Of a stretch of 64,000 bases of DNA, positions 47,875 through 58,563 are shown in pieces. The stretch's first letter is position 1. Each line of letters starts with the position of its first letter. Both the position numbers and the translations under genes were made by a program. This stretch comes from Bdellovibrionales bacterium (GTDB taxonomy: Bacteria > Bdellovibrionota > Bdellovibrionia > Bdellovibrionales > JAGQZY01). Under the pieces are notes generated by a model. It saw only the letters and a list, made by a program, of their open reading frames with translations, was not told the origin of the DNA and made no database searches. The stretch lies in assembly GCA_964230645.1 (NCBI GenBank), contig CAXRHT010000001.1:736001-800000 (forward strand). The letters run 5' to 3'.

Positions 47875-48903
47875 TTGTCCAAACCGTGGAAGCCGTCTAT
47901 TGCCACCTTTCTCAATGGAGGAAAGGAAAAAGACTTAAAAGACGCTTTAAGAAAAGATTGGTTCGATTTTTATCCTGAGGATAAAATGGAAATCTTTCAC
48001 TTTCTTCACCTGGCAAAACAGTACAAACTCTTTCTGTATTTTTTTGCTATTGATTTACAAAGCCAAATCACAGACCTTCCTTGGATTTCATTTTTACAAA
48101 TCTTGGACACTGAAAAAATTAATATTCCTGATTCTCACTTTGACGAAATGATCAGAAACTTTAAAAAACAGCAGCTTATTTCCAATAAAGCCTCTTCAAA
48201 AGAGCAGGTCATCAAAGAGCTAAAGGCAAGGCGACGGTTTCGATTCCTGCAAAGAGTGACTAAACACAAGCAGGAGCTGATCGCCTCGGCACGAATTGCT
48301 GAATCCGAACAACTCATGGAACAGCATATGACCTATATGAACGAACTCAAAAAAATCTCTCCGAGTGAGTTTCGCCTTAAAAGTCTTATTTCTGATCGAG
48401 ACAAACGAAAAGCAGAACAAATCATTCGAAGCCGTATGACCCGTAAATCCAGCAGCCTGCATGAAGACTCTCAGATTCTTGATAAAGAAGAAATGGAGCT
48501 AATCAATCGTTTAAAAGAGCAGGCCAGTGGCTTTTTGAAAAATAAGAAGGTCAACCCGGAGGATTTCGCTTATCTTTTTAGAACTTTAGGGGACGGAAAA
48601 TTGGCCGTTGATTTTATTTATCAGAATCAAGATGAGGGCAAAAAAGATTGGCAGCTTCTTGATTACCTTTTTAATGGCAAACAATATGTGGCCCTTCTTG
48701 ATCATTGCCAAACTCTTAAAGAAAAATACTCAGAAAAACCCGATGCACTCTTTTCTATTTCCTACGCTGAATCCATAGCCTATTGGGAATTGGGGGAAAA
48801 GGAAAGAGCCTTTGACCTTATGAAACAAATCAGTTCGATGCGGCCGAATTTCAAATCAGCCTCCGAAACTCTAGCCCAGTGGAGAGAGGACGGATTTGAG
48901 TAA
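47875..48903 (+). CDS. helical/TPR-like hypothetical protein, co-operonic with tamB
   Basis: 342-aa ORF with TTG start after GAGGTG, C-terminal TPR (AYWELGEKERA...RPNFKSA), overlapping the tamB start. Confidence 0.75.
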   Translation: MSKPWKPSIATFLNGGKEKDLKDALRKDWFDFYPEDKMEIFHFLHLAKQYKLFLYFFAIDLQSQITDLPWISFLQILDTEKINIPDSHFDEMIRNFKKQQLISNKASSKEQVIKELKARRRFRFLQRVTKHKQELIASARIAESEQLMEQHMTYMNELKKISPSEFRLKSLISDRDKRKAEQIIRSRMTRKSSSLHEDSQILDKEEMELINRLKEQASGFLKNKKVNPEDFAYLFRTLGDGKLAVDFIYQNQDEGKKDWQLLDYLFNGKQYVALLDHCQTLKEKYSEKPDALFSISYAESIAYWELGEKERAFDLMKQISSMRPNFKSASETLAQWREDGFE

Positions 48904-51900
48904 CAAAGGTAAGATTTTTCTTTATAGTTTTCTCATCCTGTTAGCGGCGGGCTTTTCCTACCTCTATATTTGGGAGAAGCCAAAACTTGAAAGGGTGGTC
49001 GAACTCTACGTTGAAAACTTCAGTCAAAAAGACGATATTCCCTTTACAATCGATATTGGCCGTACAAATTTTTCGATCTTTCCACTTCAGCTTGAACTCT
49101 ACAACACCAAATTTGGACCCAAAAAAGATCTTCGAAAATACACAGGGGAATTTCGCATTGAAAAGGTTTCTTTGCGTCCGAGCTTTTTTGATCTGCTTGT
49201 CGGTAAGTTTTGGCTGAGTCTACTAAAAATTGAAGGTTCAACACTGGATTTAAACATCCCAGCCTCTGCCCAGAGTGCTGATATGCCAGACACTGATTTT
49301 GAACTCAATTCCATCCTTAAGAGAATACCTATCTCTGAAATCAATATCCAAAACTTCAAAGTCAACGCCAACTACCAGGACAAATACTTTGTGACGACTG
49401 AAAGTTTATACGTAAAAGCCTATAATGAGAAAAGTAGCCTGATCGTCACAGTCAAAGATCCTAACCTTGGGGTCCGTAAAGACAAAAAGCAAAAACCTTT
49501 GAATTTCCTCACAGAATTTCAGTTGATGGTTACCTCAAACACAGTGTCTCTGTCTAAGGTAAAGCTAGTAAAGGAAACGTCCTATTTTCTCGCCTCTGGA
49601 AACTTCACCTACGATAATAGTCCTGAGAATATCGAAGAGCTTAATATCAACACCAGAATCAACTCCAACTTCTCGGACATCAATCGCTGGGTCAATCTTC
49701 TTCATAAAACCGACGCTTTGGATATCCTGAAAGGCAATATTAAAACGGACTTTCATTTCACCAAGAAAAATAAAAAACAAGATATTGTCACAGAAGTGGA
49801 CGGGGATTTTAATAAACTTCAAATTGAAAATGTGATTTTAGGTGATTTAAAGGTCAACGCCAAACTGCCTGACACTAAACACTTGGTTATCGAAAGAGTA
49901 GAGGCGAACCTTTCTGGAGACAACAAAGCTATTATTGATAATATTCGGGTCAATATCGGCGAGGATAAGACAACTTTCCAGGCTGGAGTGCAAGTCAAAC
50001 AAGCTCAGCTCCACAGTTTCCTCCGCGACTCAACCATTGCCGATATTCCTGTCTGGTTACAAGTTGACGGCAGTGTTAAATGTGAAGGAGTTTTTGAGAA
50101 AAACCTTAAAGTAGAATGTCCAGGGGCTGCAACCGTTTCAAATATTAAGATCCAAAATGGAGAAAGAACTAAAAATATAGTAGCCGCGAAAAAAGCCGAG
50201 ATCGCTGGCACAATGACAATCACAGAAAAAAATATCTCCTACAAAGCTCAAGCCCAAATACAGTCAATCAAAGGAAAGTCTTCGGGTGTGATCAGCTACG
50301 AAAAAGGCTTTGATATCCAATATGAGAGTGAAAACTTAAATCTTGCGGAAATTAGCCCCATTGCCGATTTGCAATTTGCAGGGATGGCAAAAACCAAAGG
50401 TTCCACCAAAGGAAACAGTGACTGGGCCACATTCCAAATGGACATCTCTGCAAGTCAGTTTGAATTCGAACAGTATTTTTTCGGCGAAATTTCTACCCAA
50501 TTAAAATACAAGAGCGGGACTCTTTTCTTTGAAAAGCTCAAAGGAAATATTGAGTCCACACGTTATCAAGGCATGCTCAACGTTAATCTGACTGAAGAGA
50601 ATATAAAAGGAGATATCCAACTCCCCTTCTTCCGCATGGCTGATATTCAGCAATCCATCCTTAAAAAGGTGGACCTTGAAGATCGCTTCCTTGGTTCTGG
50701 CTCAGGACGCATTCAACTCAATACACCCTTTGACGTTGACCAACTCAACTTTATTCTAGATGCAAGACTTTTTAAAGGTGAAGCCTTTGGGGAACAATAC
50801 AATGAAGCTAGCCTAGAAGCTGAAAGTGTTGATGGAATCATTATCCTACAACAATGTCTCCTTGAGAAAGAAAAATCAAAAATTCGTCTGAAAGGAACCA
50901 TTGATACCCAATTAGAGAGCAACATTAACTTTTCTGTTTCCAATGGCTTTTTGCAGCACTCAACAATCTTAAAAGAGCAAGAACTTCCTATCTCGGGAAC
51001 ATTCCAGGCTCAGGGCGAAATCCTCGGAAACCTCGGTAGTCCGGTCATAAAAACGAAGGCCAAAATATCGCAGTTGATTTTCAATAAAAAGAAATACAAA
51101 GACGCTATATTTGCTTACGACAACTCGAACAAACAGACCAATCTTCAATTCAATATTCCTGAGCAGTTGGAGTTTCTAGTCATCCTTCCTGAGTCCGACC
51201 TCAAGAGTCTTTTTGTTGACGTCAATGCCAATCAACTTGATATCGCCCCCATTTTAGGGTTTGTGGTTTCAGAGGACTCCACACGAAGCTATGTCATAGA
51301 AACCTCGGGGGAGATCTCCGGAAATTTTGACACTCGAAATTTTTGGAACTCTGAATTTTCTTCTACAATTCGAAATATCTCACTGAACTACAAAGCTAAT
51401 AAAATAGAGACCACCATTCCGACAAACATAGAACTAAAGAATGGAAAACTCTTTTTGAATGAAATCAGCGTGCTTGGTAATAGACAATTTCTCAAGGTTA
51501 CTCAACCTTACACAGAAGAGTTTCGCACCAAATTTATTATAAACTCACGTATGAACATTGCGTTTTTTAAGATCTTTGCTCCTTTTATTGAAAAAATTGA
51601 TGGCTACTCCACTTTGCGACTGGAGCTTACTGTTGATCGTGATCAAATGAAACTTATTGGTTCTTCCTACACAACCGATAGTTTTTTAAAGTTTCCAGGC
51701 TTTCCTCATCCTCTTGAGGATATCTCCGCAGACATTTTGTTCAACCAGAATAAAGTACTCATAAACTCCATCTCCGGGCAAATGGCTGGCGGGAATGTTC
51801 GGGGAAGTGGCGAGGTCCGACTCCCAGGGGATGGAAAGTTTGATATTGAAATCAACACAAATATAGAAAACGCCAATATTGATTTTCCTGAGGGTTTTAA

Positions 51901-52867
51901 AACACGAGGAAACGCAAACATTAGCCTTTCAGGAAGTGAGCAGCCCTTTAAGCTTTCGGGAAATTATGATGTTCTTGAAGGGCTCATTGAGAGCAACTTC
52001 TCAGGGGGTGCAGGAGGAGAGAACACGGATTTGCTCGAAGAACTCCTGAAAAAGGAAATCACCTCTCCTCTGATATTAGATATAGATATTGATACAAAAA
52101 ACAGTGTCGAAGTTCGAAATTCGCTTGTGGATGGGTACATATCTGGAAAGCTTAAGATTTTTGATAAAATAGACACTCCTAGAATTTCCGGAGAGGCCTT
52201 TTTTGATAATGATTCTGTGATAAAGTTCAGAGAGCAGGAATTTGATATCTTATCTTCAAATTTTAGCTTTGAAGGTGAGCACCCGATCAATCCAAAACTT
52301 GCAATGAGTGCTAAGACCCGAGTGAACGGTTATGACGTAAACCTTCTCCTGCAAGGTCGGGCTTCTAAACCTGTATTAAATCTAACCAGTCAGCCTCCCC
52401 TTCCAGAATCACAAATCATTTCGATGCTCGCCCTGGGACAACTTCCCGATGAGTTTGATCCCACCCAACAGAACTCTCTTAACAGTGACCCCAACGCCCC
52501 TCAACAGCAAGGTTTCGAAGTCGGAACTTCTCTTCTTGGCAATAATCCATTGGGCCGAGAACTTAAAGAACGCTACGATGTGGATGTTGAAGTTTCCACC
52601 TCTTTTGACGATCAGACAAACTCTGCTGTTCCTCGCGTCACATTGAGAAGAAAGATTTCTAAAAAATTAGAACTTTCAGGTTCTTCCACCACAGGTGAGA
52701 ACAATCGCCAGGAAGGACGGGTAACCTACGAACTTAACGATGATATTTCGACAATCTTTAGACTGCGAAATCGTCCATTGGATCAAAACAATTTGAATAG
52801 TAATCCAACAGTGCGCCAAAATAACTCGTTCGGAGTTGATGTAGAATACAAAGTGGAGTTTGATTAA
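48896..52867 (+). CDS. tamB: TamB/DUF490 AsmA-like protein
   Basis: 1323 aa with N-terminal TM, long beta-taco-like repeats and L.SQPPLPESQIISMLALG. Directly upstream of an Omp85 gene. Confidence 0.88.
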   Translation: MSNKGKIFLYSFLILLAAGFSYLYIWEKPKLERVVELYVENFSQKDDIPFTIDIGRTNFSIFPLQLELYNTKFGPKKDLRKYTGEFRIEKVSLRPSFFDLLVGKFWLSLLKIEGSTLDLNIPASAQSADMPDTDFELNSILKRIPISEINIQNFKVNANYQDKYFVTTESLYVKAYNEKSSLIVTVKDPNLGVRKDKKQKPLNFLTEFQLMVTSNTVSLSKVKLVKETSYFLASGNFTYDNSPENIEELNINTRINSNFSDINRWVNLLHKTDALDILKGNIKTDFHFTKKNKKQDIVTEVDGDFNKLQIENVILGDLKVNAKLPDTKHLVIERVEANLSGDNKAIIDNIRVNIGEDKTTFQAGVQVKQAQLHSFLRDSTIADIPVWLQVDGSVKCEGVFEKNLKVECPGAATVSNIKIQNGERTKNIVAAKKAEIAGTMTITEKNISYKAQAQIQSIKGKSSGVISYEKGFDIQYESENLNLAEISPIADLQFAGMAKTKGSTKGNSDWATFQMDISASQFEFEQYFFGEISTQLKYKSGTLFFEKLKGNIESTRYQGMLNVNLTEENIKGDIQLPFFRMADIQQSILKKVDLEDRFLGSGSGRIQLNTPFDVDQLNFILDARLFKGEAFGEQYNEASLEAESVDGIIILQQCLLEKEKSKIRLKGTIDTQLESNINFSVSNGFLQHSTILKEQELPISGTFQAQGEILGNLGSPVIKTKAKISQLIFNKKKYKDAIFAYDNSNKQTNLQFNIPEQLEFLVILPESDLKSLFVDVNANQLDIAPILGFVVSEDSTRSYVIETSGEISGNFDTRNFWNSEFSSTIRNISLNYKANKIETTIPTNIELKNGKLFLNEISVLGNRQFLKVTQPYTEEFRTKFIINSRMNIAFFKIFAPFIEKIDGYSTLRLELTVDRDQMKLIGSSYTTDSFLKFPGFPHPLEDISADILFNQNKVLINSISGQMAGGNVRGSGEVRLPGDGKFDIEINTNIENANIDFPEGFKTRGNANISLSGSEQPFKLSGNYDVLEGLIESNFSGGAGGENTDLLEELLKKEITSPLILDIDIDTKNSVEVRNSLVDGYISGKLKIFDKIDTPRISGEAFFDNDSVIKFREQEFDILSSNFSFEGEHPINPKLAMSAKTRVNGYDVNLLLQGRASKPVLNLTSQPPLPESQIISMLALGQLPDEFDPTQQNSLNSDPNAPQQQGFEVGTSLLGNNPLGRELKERYDVDVEVSTSFDDQTNSAVPRVTLRRKISKKLELSGSSTTGENNRQEGRVTYELNDDISTIFRLRNRPLDQNNLNSNPTVRQNNSFGVDVEYKVEFD

Positions 52868-55779
52868 TGAAAATGATCAAGCTCCTCTTTTCTTTGTTTT
52901 TAATCCTTTTGAGCCATAAGGCTTTTGGTCAGTATGTTCTAGAGGATTCAAAGATTCCCATCATTGAACGCATGACTTCAAACTATCAGGAAAAAGAACT
53001 AAGCCTCAAAGAACTTGATGAAATCGTTAAAGAGATTTCTCAAGACGGTCTTTTTCAAGTGGTTTATATTGAACGCCTCAGCGGCAACCGAGTTATTATT
53101 CGCGCTCAGCAGTCCAATAAAATTTCTGATATTCAAATTGCCGGTAACACGTCCTACGATCAAACCGAGCTACTAGAGGCTATGAAAATCGAAGAAGGTC
53201 AGGTATTAAGTGAGCTTGAAATTGAACAAGCTGTCGAGCGCATTCGCGAAATTTACCGCAACTCTGGATTTTTTAACTTTAAAATTAGCTATGAAAAAGT
53301 CAGAGGGGATTCAGGCTTCACTCTGAAGATTAATATCGATGAGCAGGACTTTACCATCATTGAAGACATTCTCATTTTTTCTAAAAACGAGTACCTCAAT
53401 GAACAAACCAAAGTGATTGTTCAAAAGTACGAAAAGAAAAACTACAAAAAGGACACGACTAGCAAAATCGAAAAAGCGATCAATGATCTTTTATTACAAC
53501 ATCGTTTTCTAACAGCTAAGGTTGAAAACACTGCCACGATATTCAACAAAAACAAAACTAAGGTAAAATTGAAATTTACCATCAGTAACGCCACTCAATT
53601 TGAATTCGTTTTTCATGGGAACGAACATTTCTCTCATTTTGACCTAATTAAATCCAGTAAGATCGGTGGAAAGTTCTTGTACCTCAGTGACTCAAGCTCA
53701 GAAATCATTGACGCGATTGTCGAACTCTACTTGAACGCTGGATATCCTCAAGTCAAAGTTTCTCATTCGGAACGCTATTTTGCTGAACAGAATAAAAAGG
53801 TCTTTATTTTCTCAATCGTTGAAGGACCCCATGTCAAAATTGGTGACATCGACATTGTAGGTAAGCTTTCTAAAAAGAAAAAATACTATCAGAATCTTTT
53901 TGACCAGTATTTGGCCGAAGAAGCCCATACGGTTTATTTTGTTCAAAAAAATATTGAAAACGCCGCTCGAAAAATGGTCACACACCTAAAGCGCAATGGT
54001 CACCTCCAAGCCGAGCTCCTTTCTGTAAACAACGAGATTACCCCTAAAAATAAGGCCTTGATTACGATCCAAATTGATGAGGGTATTCTCACCTACGTCC
54101 GTCAGATTCTTTTTATGGGGTCAAAATCTTTTAGTAATTTGGAACTTAGAGAAGAAGTCGGTATTGAGACCAATAAGCCGTTGAAAATAAGAGAAGTCGA
54201 AGAGAGCTTTGAAAAACTCGAGCTTTTTTATAAAAAACGGGCCTTCCTTGAATTTAAAGTTAAAAATAGAAATGCTTCTGTAATACAGTACAAACCGGAC
54301 CAGCCCTACGCCGATATCGTTTACCAAGTGAGCGAAGGTCCCAAGATTCGAGTTCAAAATATTAAAGTGACGGGTCTAAAGAAAACGAAAGAATATGTCG
54401 TTCGGCGCGAACTCTCATTCGGAACTGACGAACTGCTCACTTTGGAAAAGGTCTCTAATTCTATCGATCGCCTTGAAAAAACCGGTTTATTTGGAAAAGT
54501 AAATATCCGTTCTCTTGAACAGGGATCAAAAAAGCGAAACCGAACAATTGTGGTTGAAGTCGAGGAAAGAAAGCCAGGAGTATTTTCAGCTGGAGCGGGA
54601 CTTTTTAACGAAGGTTTTTTCGGGTATCGAGGTTACGTAGGAGCTCTTTATAACAATCTATGGGGCAAAGCTCGTGGTATTAGTTCGCGGGTTGATCTTA
54701 AATACCTGGATATGAATTCTCAAATCGATGAAGCCGAAAACTTTTTAGAAAATCGCTTGGCCCTGTCTTACTATGAACCCTTTATTTTTGAAGACCGTGT
54801 TCGAGGTCGAGTGTCCCTTATTAGAGAACAACAGGTTTTCGATATCAACGCCGTCCGATCAACAAATGACATTATTTTAGCGGCCGAAAAAGAGTTCACT
54901 CAACATTTTCGACTGATTTACAATGTGTGGAACTTTTCAAACCAGGAAACATTTAGTTTAAAGGACAACGAGACCAACGAAAACTCAAGACAAATTATCA
55001 ATATTGGAAGCACAGGTCCTGCCGTTGAGATTGATTATAGAAACGATCAGTTCCTTCCCACGGAGGGAACCTTCTCAAGAATTGAATTCGAATACTCAGA
55101 CCCTATCTTTGGAAGTTCAAAAGACAATCCACAAATTAGCGGTTTCAAACCGGCGAATCCAATCTCTGGAATAAGGGAAAGAGAAGACAACCAGAACGAG
55201 ATCCAGTTTATTAAAACTTCTTTTTCACATACTCTCTATAGTCCGCTCACCAAAGACCACCGTTGGGTTTGGGCGAATTCTATTCGGGGGGGATATTCTA
55301 AAAATGTCAGTAGCCGCGCGGACTCTGGTATCCCACAAGCAGAACAGTTTTATTTGGGGGGAAGTTCAACGATTCGTGGATTTGCTTTTGGCCCAGCAGA
55401 GACCGTGCCTGGAAAACGTGAGCTCTGTATCAAACAAGGTGTCATAGATTATGACGAAGCCACGGACCAGTGTAATTTCAACGAAATCTTTGTCAGAGAT
55501 GACTCCGCCTTTGTTTTATTCAAATCCGAACTTCGTTTTCCCATCTCTGGGGCTTTTGGCGGCCTGATCTTTTACGATGGCGGTGCTGTGTACCTAGGTG
55601 ACTTTTCATTAGAAGACCCCTACCGAGATGCCGTGGGTCTTGGCTTCCGCTATGACACACCTGTAGGCTCTTTTATCATGCAAGCGGGATATAAGCTCGA
55701 TCGTAAATTAGGCGGACCTAACTCTAATTTTGATAGAGAAAGTGACCTAGCCTTCCATGTTTCTATAGGTACCTTTTAG
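52867..55779 (+). CDS. Omp85-family outer-membrane insertase (TamA/BamA-like, many POTRA domains)
   Basis: Repeated POTRA motifs (I.I.GN...EG), FYLGGSSTIRGF, ELRFP, GLGFRYDTPVG and C-terminal SIGTF. Confidence 0.92.
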   Translation: MKMIKLLFSLFLILLSHKAFGQYVLEDSKIPIIERMTSNYQEKELSLKELDEIVKEISQDGLFQVVYIERLSGNRVIIRAQQSNKISDIQIAGNTSYDQTELLEAMKIEEGQVLSELEIEQAVERIREIYRNSGFFNFKISYEKVRGDSGFTLKINIDEQDFTIIEDILIFSKNEYLNEQTKVIVQKYEKKNYKKDTTSKIEKAINDLLLQHRFLTAKVENTATIFNKNKTKVKLKFTISNATQFEFVFHGNEHFSHFDLIKSSKIGGKFLYLSDSSSEIIDAIVELYLNAGYPQVKVSHSERYFAEQNKKVFIFSIVEGPHVKIGDIDIVGKLSKKKKYYQNLFDQYLAEEAHTVYFVQKNIENAARKMVTHLKRNGHLQAELLSVNNEITPKNKALITIQIDEGILTYVRQILFMGSKSFSNLELREEVGIETNKPLKIREVEESFEKLELFYKKRAFLEFKVKNRNASVIQYKPDQPYADIVYQVSEGPKIRVQNIKVTGLKKTKEYVVRRELSFGTDELLTLEKVSNSIDRLEKTGLFGKVNIRSLEQGSKKRNRTIVVEVEERKPGVFSAGAGLFNEGFFGYRGYVGALYNNLWGKARGISSRVDLKYLDMNSQIDEAENFLENRLALSYYEPFIFEDRVRGRVSLIREQQVFDINAVRSTNDIILAAEKEFTQHFRLIYNVWNFSNQETFSLKDNETNENSRQIINIGSTGPAVEIDYRNDQFLPTEGTFSRIEFEYSDPIFGSSKDNPQISGFKPANPISGIREREDNQNEIQFIKTSFSHTLYSPLTKDHRWVWANSIRGGYSKNVSSRADSGIPQAEQFYLGGSSTIRGFAFGPAETVPGKRELCIKQGVIDYDEATDQCNFNEIFVRDDSAFVLFKSELRFPISGAFGGLIFYDGGAVYLGDFSLEDPYRDAVGLGFRYDTPVGSFIMQAGYKLDRKLGGPNSNFDRESDLAFHVSIGTF

Positions 55780-56966
55780 GACTTTTTTAATAAAGCCATA
55801 AAAAAACCATCGAATCCATCTTCCACGGGATAGATGCTTTTTTGTTTTTCCAAGCTAAAGTCAGGATTTTCTTTCAAGAAATTCTCAATTTGTAATTCAT
55901 TCTCTTCGGGCAAAACACTGCAGGTCGAATAGACCATCAGACCTCCCGATTTTAAAATCGGTGAGTACTGGGTGAGGATTAGTTTTTGAAGTTCTATGAG
56001 TTCTTTGATTCTTTGCTCTGTGAGCTTCCACTTCGTATCGGGATTTCGCCTGAGCACTCCAAGCCCCGTGCATGGAACATCGAGAAGTAACCTATCAGCC
56101 GAATTCTTTAACCTTTTAAATGCTTTTGTGGAATCAACGACTTTTCTTTCAATGTTGTGGAACCCATCTCTTCTAGCGCGAAGTTTGAGCTGATTGAGCT
56201 TCCACTCATGGATATCCAAAGAGACAATTTGTCCCTTATTGTTCATGAGATCTGCCATATGAAGAGTCTTACCACCAGCACCAGCACAGGCATCGACCAC
56301 GCGCTGCCCTGGCTCCACTCTTAAAAAAGAAGCCACTTGCTGACTGGCCCCATCCTGAACTTCAAACCATCCACTTTTAAAAGCTTTGGTTTTAAAAACA
56401 TTGGCTCTTTCCTCAAGTATTAGACCAGAGGTCGTTCCCCATAATTTTTGAGCTTTAATGTTTTCTTCGCTCAAAGATTTCACCACATTTTCAAGTGTCG
56501 TCTTTGACTCATTTACCCGAAGGACGACGGAATTTGTTTCATTAAAGTAAGGGCAAAGATCTTGCCACTGAACGGGAAGACTTTCCTGCATACGTTGATA
56601 GAGCCAGGCTGGAAAAGCCTGTCGAATACTCGGATCATCAAGCGCGGACATTCTTTTTTCAAACTCTGAAAAATCAATGGAGAGATATTCATCGAAATAA
56701 GGCTTTTCCAGCTGCCGTCTCCAAAGAGATGGGGCTAAGAGCTCTAGAGTTGGGGGCTGCTCTTTCTGATCGAGGAGGTACCAATAAAGTCGCCACCATC
56801 GCACACAGTCGTAAACAGTTTCTGCAAAAAAGCGACGGTCTCGACTCCCCCACTTTTTGTTATTCTTCATATGGTATTCGATGCACTTGTCCGCATGACG
56901 ATCTTCAAAAAAGATCCCAGTTAGGGCCTCAACACAACTATTAAATAAATGCTTATGATATCTCAA
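55776..56966 (-). CDS. RsmB/NOP-family RNA m5C methyltransferase
   Basis: GSRDRR, FEVQD, DACAGAGGK, DVPC.G.G..RRNPD and YSTCS. A TTG at 56966 overlapping the upstream TGA is preferred to 56999. Confidence 0.92.
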   Translation of the reverse strand: MRYHKHLFNSCVEALTGIFFEDRHADKCIEYHMKNNKKWGSRDRRFFAETVYDCVRWWRLYWYLLDQKEQPPTLELLAPSLWRRQLEKPYFDEYLSIDFSEFEKRMSALDDPSIRQAFPAWLYQRMQESLPVQWQDLCPYFNETNSVVLRVNESKTTLENVVKSLSEENIKAQKLWGTTSGLILEERANVFKTKAFKSGWFEVQDGASQQVASFLRVEPGQRVVDACAGAGGKTLHMADLMNNKGQIVSLDIHEWKLNQLKLRARRDGFHNIERKVVDSTKAFKRLKNSADRLLLDVPCTGLGVLRRNPDTKWKLTEQRIKELIELQKLILTQYSPILKSGGLMVYSTCSVLPEENELQIENFLKENPDFSLEKQKSIYPVEDGFDGFFMALLKKS

Positions 56967-57577
56967 AACCTGTATGCCACTCCTGAAGAGACGAACCATC
57001 CGATAAATTGTCCGTCACTTAACACGTGGACGTGATTTTTGATACCACCTTGAATAAAATACTGACTGTGGATCTCGTTGAGTCTAAATCCAAGATAAGC
57101 CTTATAATCAAAAGAAAAGGCCGACTCCCCTTTGAGCTGCTTGGTAAAATAACCAGGCCCGCCGGCCACCCCAAGATAAACGGGAAAACTAAGCCTTCGA
57201 GGAAAGGTGAAACTCAAAAGAAATGAGATTTTTGAAAACTCGCGGTTGTCGCCAGCGAACTTTTGAAGCTCTAAATGGTAACCCTGGCCAAAGTAACCTT
57301 TTGTAGCCTGGTGATAAAATATCTCGGCATTCCAGCCAGATAGCTGATCCTGAGTCCACTGATAGTTCTTCGTATCAATGAGACTCCCTACTGCTATGGC
57401 TAGAAGGCGGGAGTGACCAGGGTCGTATACCGGTTGGCTGGCCAGCTGCCTTTTGTTTTTCTTGGTGAAATATTTCATGGCGGCATCTCTGCCTGTGGAA
57501 GAGGCAGAAGCCTGCTGCACCCCTGCCATAAAAAGACAAAGGATCAAAATGTGTCCGCTTCGGCTCCATTGGATCAT
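56963..57577 (-). CDS. small outer-membrane beta-barrel-like protein
   Basis: Signal peptide, amphipathic strands (FPVYLGVAGGPG) and C-terminal AYRF. Confidence 0.72.
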   Translation of the reverse strand: MIQWSRSGHILILCLFMAGVQQASASSTGRDAAMKYFTKKNKRQLASQPVYDPGHSRLLAIAVGSLIDTKNYQWTQDQLSGWNAEIFYHQATKGYFGQGYHLELQKFAGDNREFSKISFLLSFTFPRRLSFPVYLGVAGGPGYFTKQLKGESAFSFDYKAYLGFRLNEIHSQYFIQGGIKNHVHVLSDGQFIGWFVSSGVAYRF

Positions 57578-57643
57578 ACTTTATTTTACGGGGCTCAGGT
57601 GAAAATGAATAGGACAAGGGCCCAAATCAAGACCCAAGTGACC

Positions 57644-57672
57644 TTGACGCTTTCTCAATATTTTCATACTTT
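57644..57672 (+). promoter_or_regulatory. sigma70-like promoter of nrdR-nusB
   Basis: TTGACG-N17-TACTTT, 7 nt before ATG 57680. Confidence 0.5.
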
Positions 57673-57679
57673 CGTCTTG

Positions 57680-58150
57680 ATGAAGTGCCCTCACTGCCAG
57701 TCACTCGACACTAAGGTTTTAGACACTCGCTCTCAAAAAAATGGAGAGGTGACTAAGCGTCGTCGCGAGTGTGAAAAATGTGAAGCCCGTTTCTCAACAA
57801 TTGAAACTATTGTTGTCAGCTTCCCCATGGTCGTAAAAAAAGATGGTCGAAGAGAGCCCTTTTCACCAGAAAAACTAGCTGGCGGAATTAAGGCTGCTTG
57901 TCAAAAGCGGCCGATCAGTGCTTCCCGCATTGAACAGATGGTTGAGAAAACAACAGCCTGGGTTGTCGAACATTCTGAAAAAGAACTCTCAACGGATATG
58001 ATCGGGCGATTTGTAATGAACGAACTAAAAGATGTGGACGAAGTGGCCTACGTTCGATTCGCTAGTGTTTATAAGACCTTTAAAGATATTTCTGAGTTTG
58101 TGGCCGATCTTGGAGATCGTAACCTAAAACAGAAAGACCTACTCCTATGA
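57680..58150 (+). CDS. nrdR: transcriptional repressor NrdR
   Basis: MKCPHC...VLDTR...RRREC..C..RFSTIE zinc ribbon, ATP-cone VVKKDGRRE and AYVRFASVY. The true start is 57680, not 57413. Confidence 0.97.
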   Translation: MKCPHCQSLDTKVLDTRSQKNGEVTKRRRECEKCEARFSTIETIVVSFPMVVKKDGRREPFSPEKLAGGIKAACQKRPISASRIEQMVEKTTAWVVEHSEKELSTDMIGRFVMNELKDVDEVAYVRFASVYKTFKDISEFVADLGDRNLKQKDLLL

Positions 58151-58563
58151 AGCCTTTAAGAAAAGCCCGCGAAATGGCGTTACAAATCCTTTTTCAAAAG
58201 GGTTTTCAAGAAGGGACGAGTGCTCAAGATCTATTTAACTCTTTTGCCGATAACTTCGAATTTGATCAGACGACCAAGGACTACTCTCTTTTTCTCACTC
58301 AGGGAGTTCTTGAGAACGAAACCAAGATCGATGAAACAATCGAATCTTTAAGTGATAACTGGAAAGTCGACCGAATTGCTAAGATTGATAAAATTTTAAT
58401 TCAACTGGCGATCTTCGAACTCACCCTTTCAGACAACACTCCCACAGCCCCAAAGCTATGCATCACAGACATTATTGATCTTGCAAAAAAATACAGTTCC
58501 GCTGAGTCGAAAAATTTCATCAATGGAATTATCGATCAAGTTTATCAACAGCAACAACAGTGA
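58147..58563 (+). CDS. nusB: transcription antitermination factor NusB
   Basis: RKAREMALQILF, NWKVDRI and LAKKYS...FINGIID. Confidence 0.95.
   Translation: MKPLRKAREMALQILFQKGFQEGTSAQDLFNSFADNFEFDQTTKDYSLFLTQGVLENETKIDETIESLSDNWKVDRIAKIDKILIQLAIFELTLSDNTPTAPKLCITDIIDLAKKYSSAESKNFINGIIDQVYQQQQQ

Noticed and set aside
57413..57679. N-terminal extension of NrdR in the ORF track
   Set aside because: It overlaps the divergent gene. The canonical MKCP start is at 57680.
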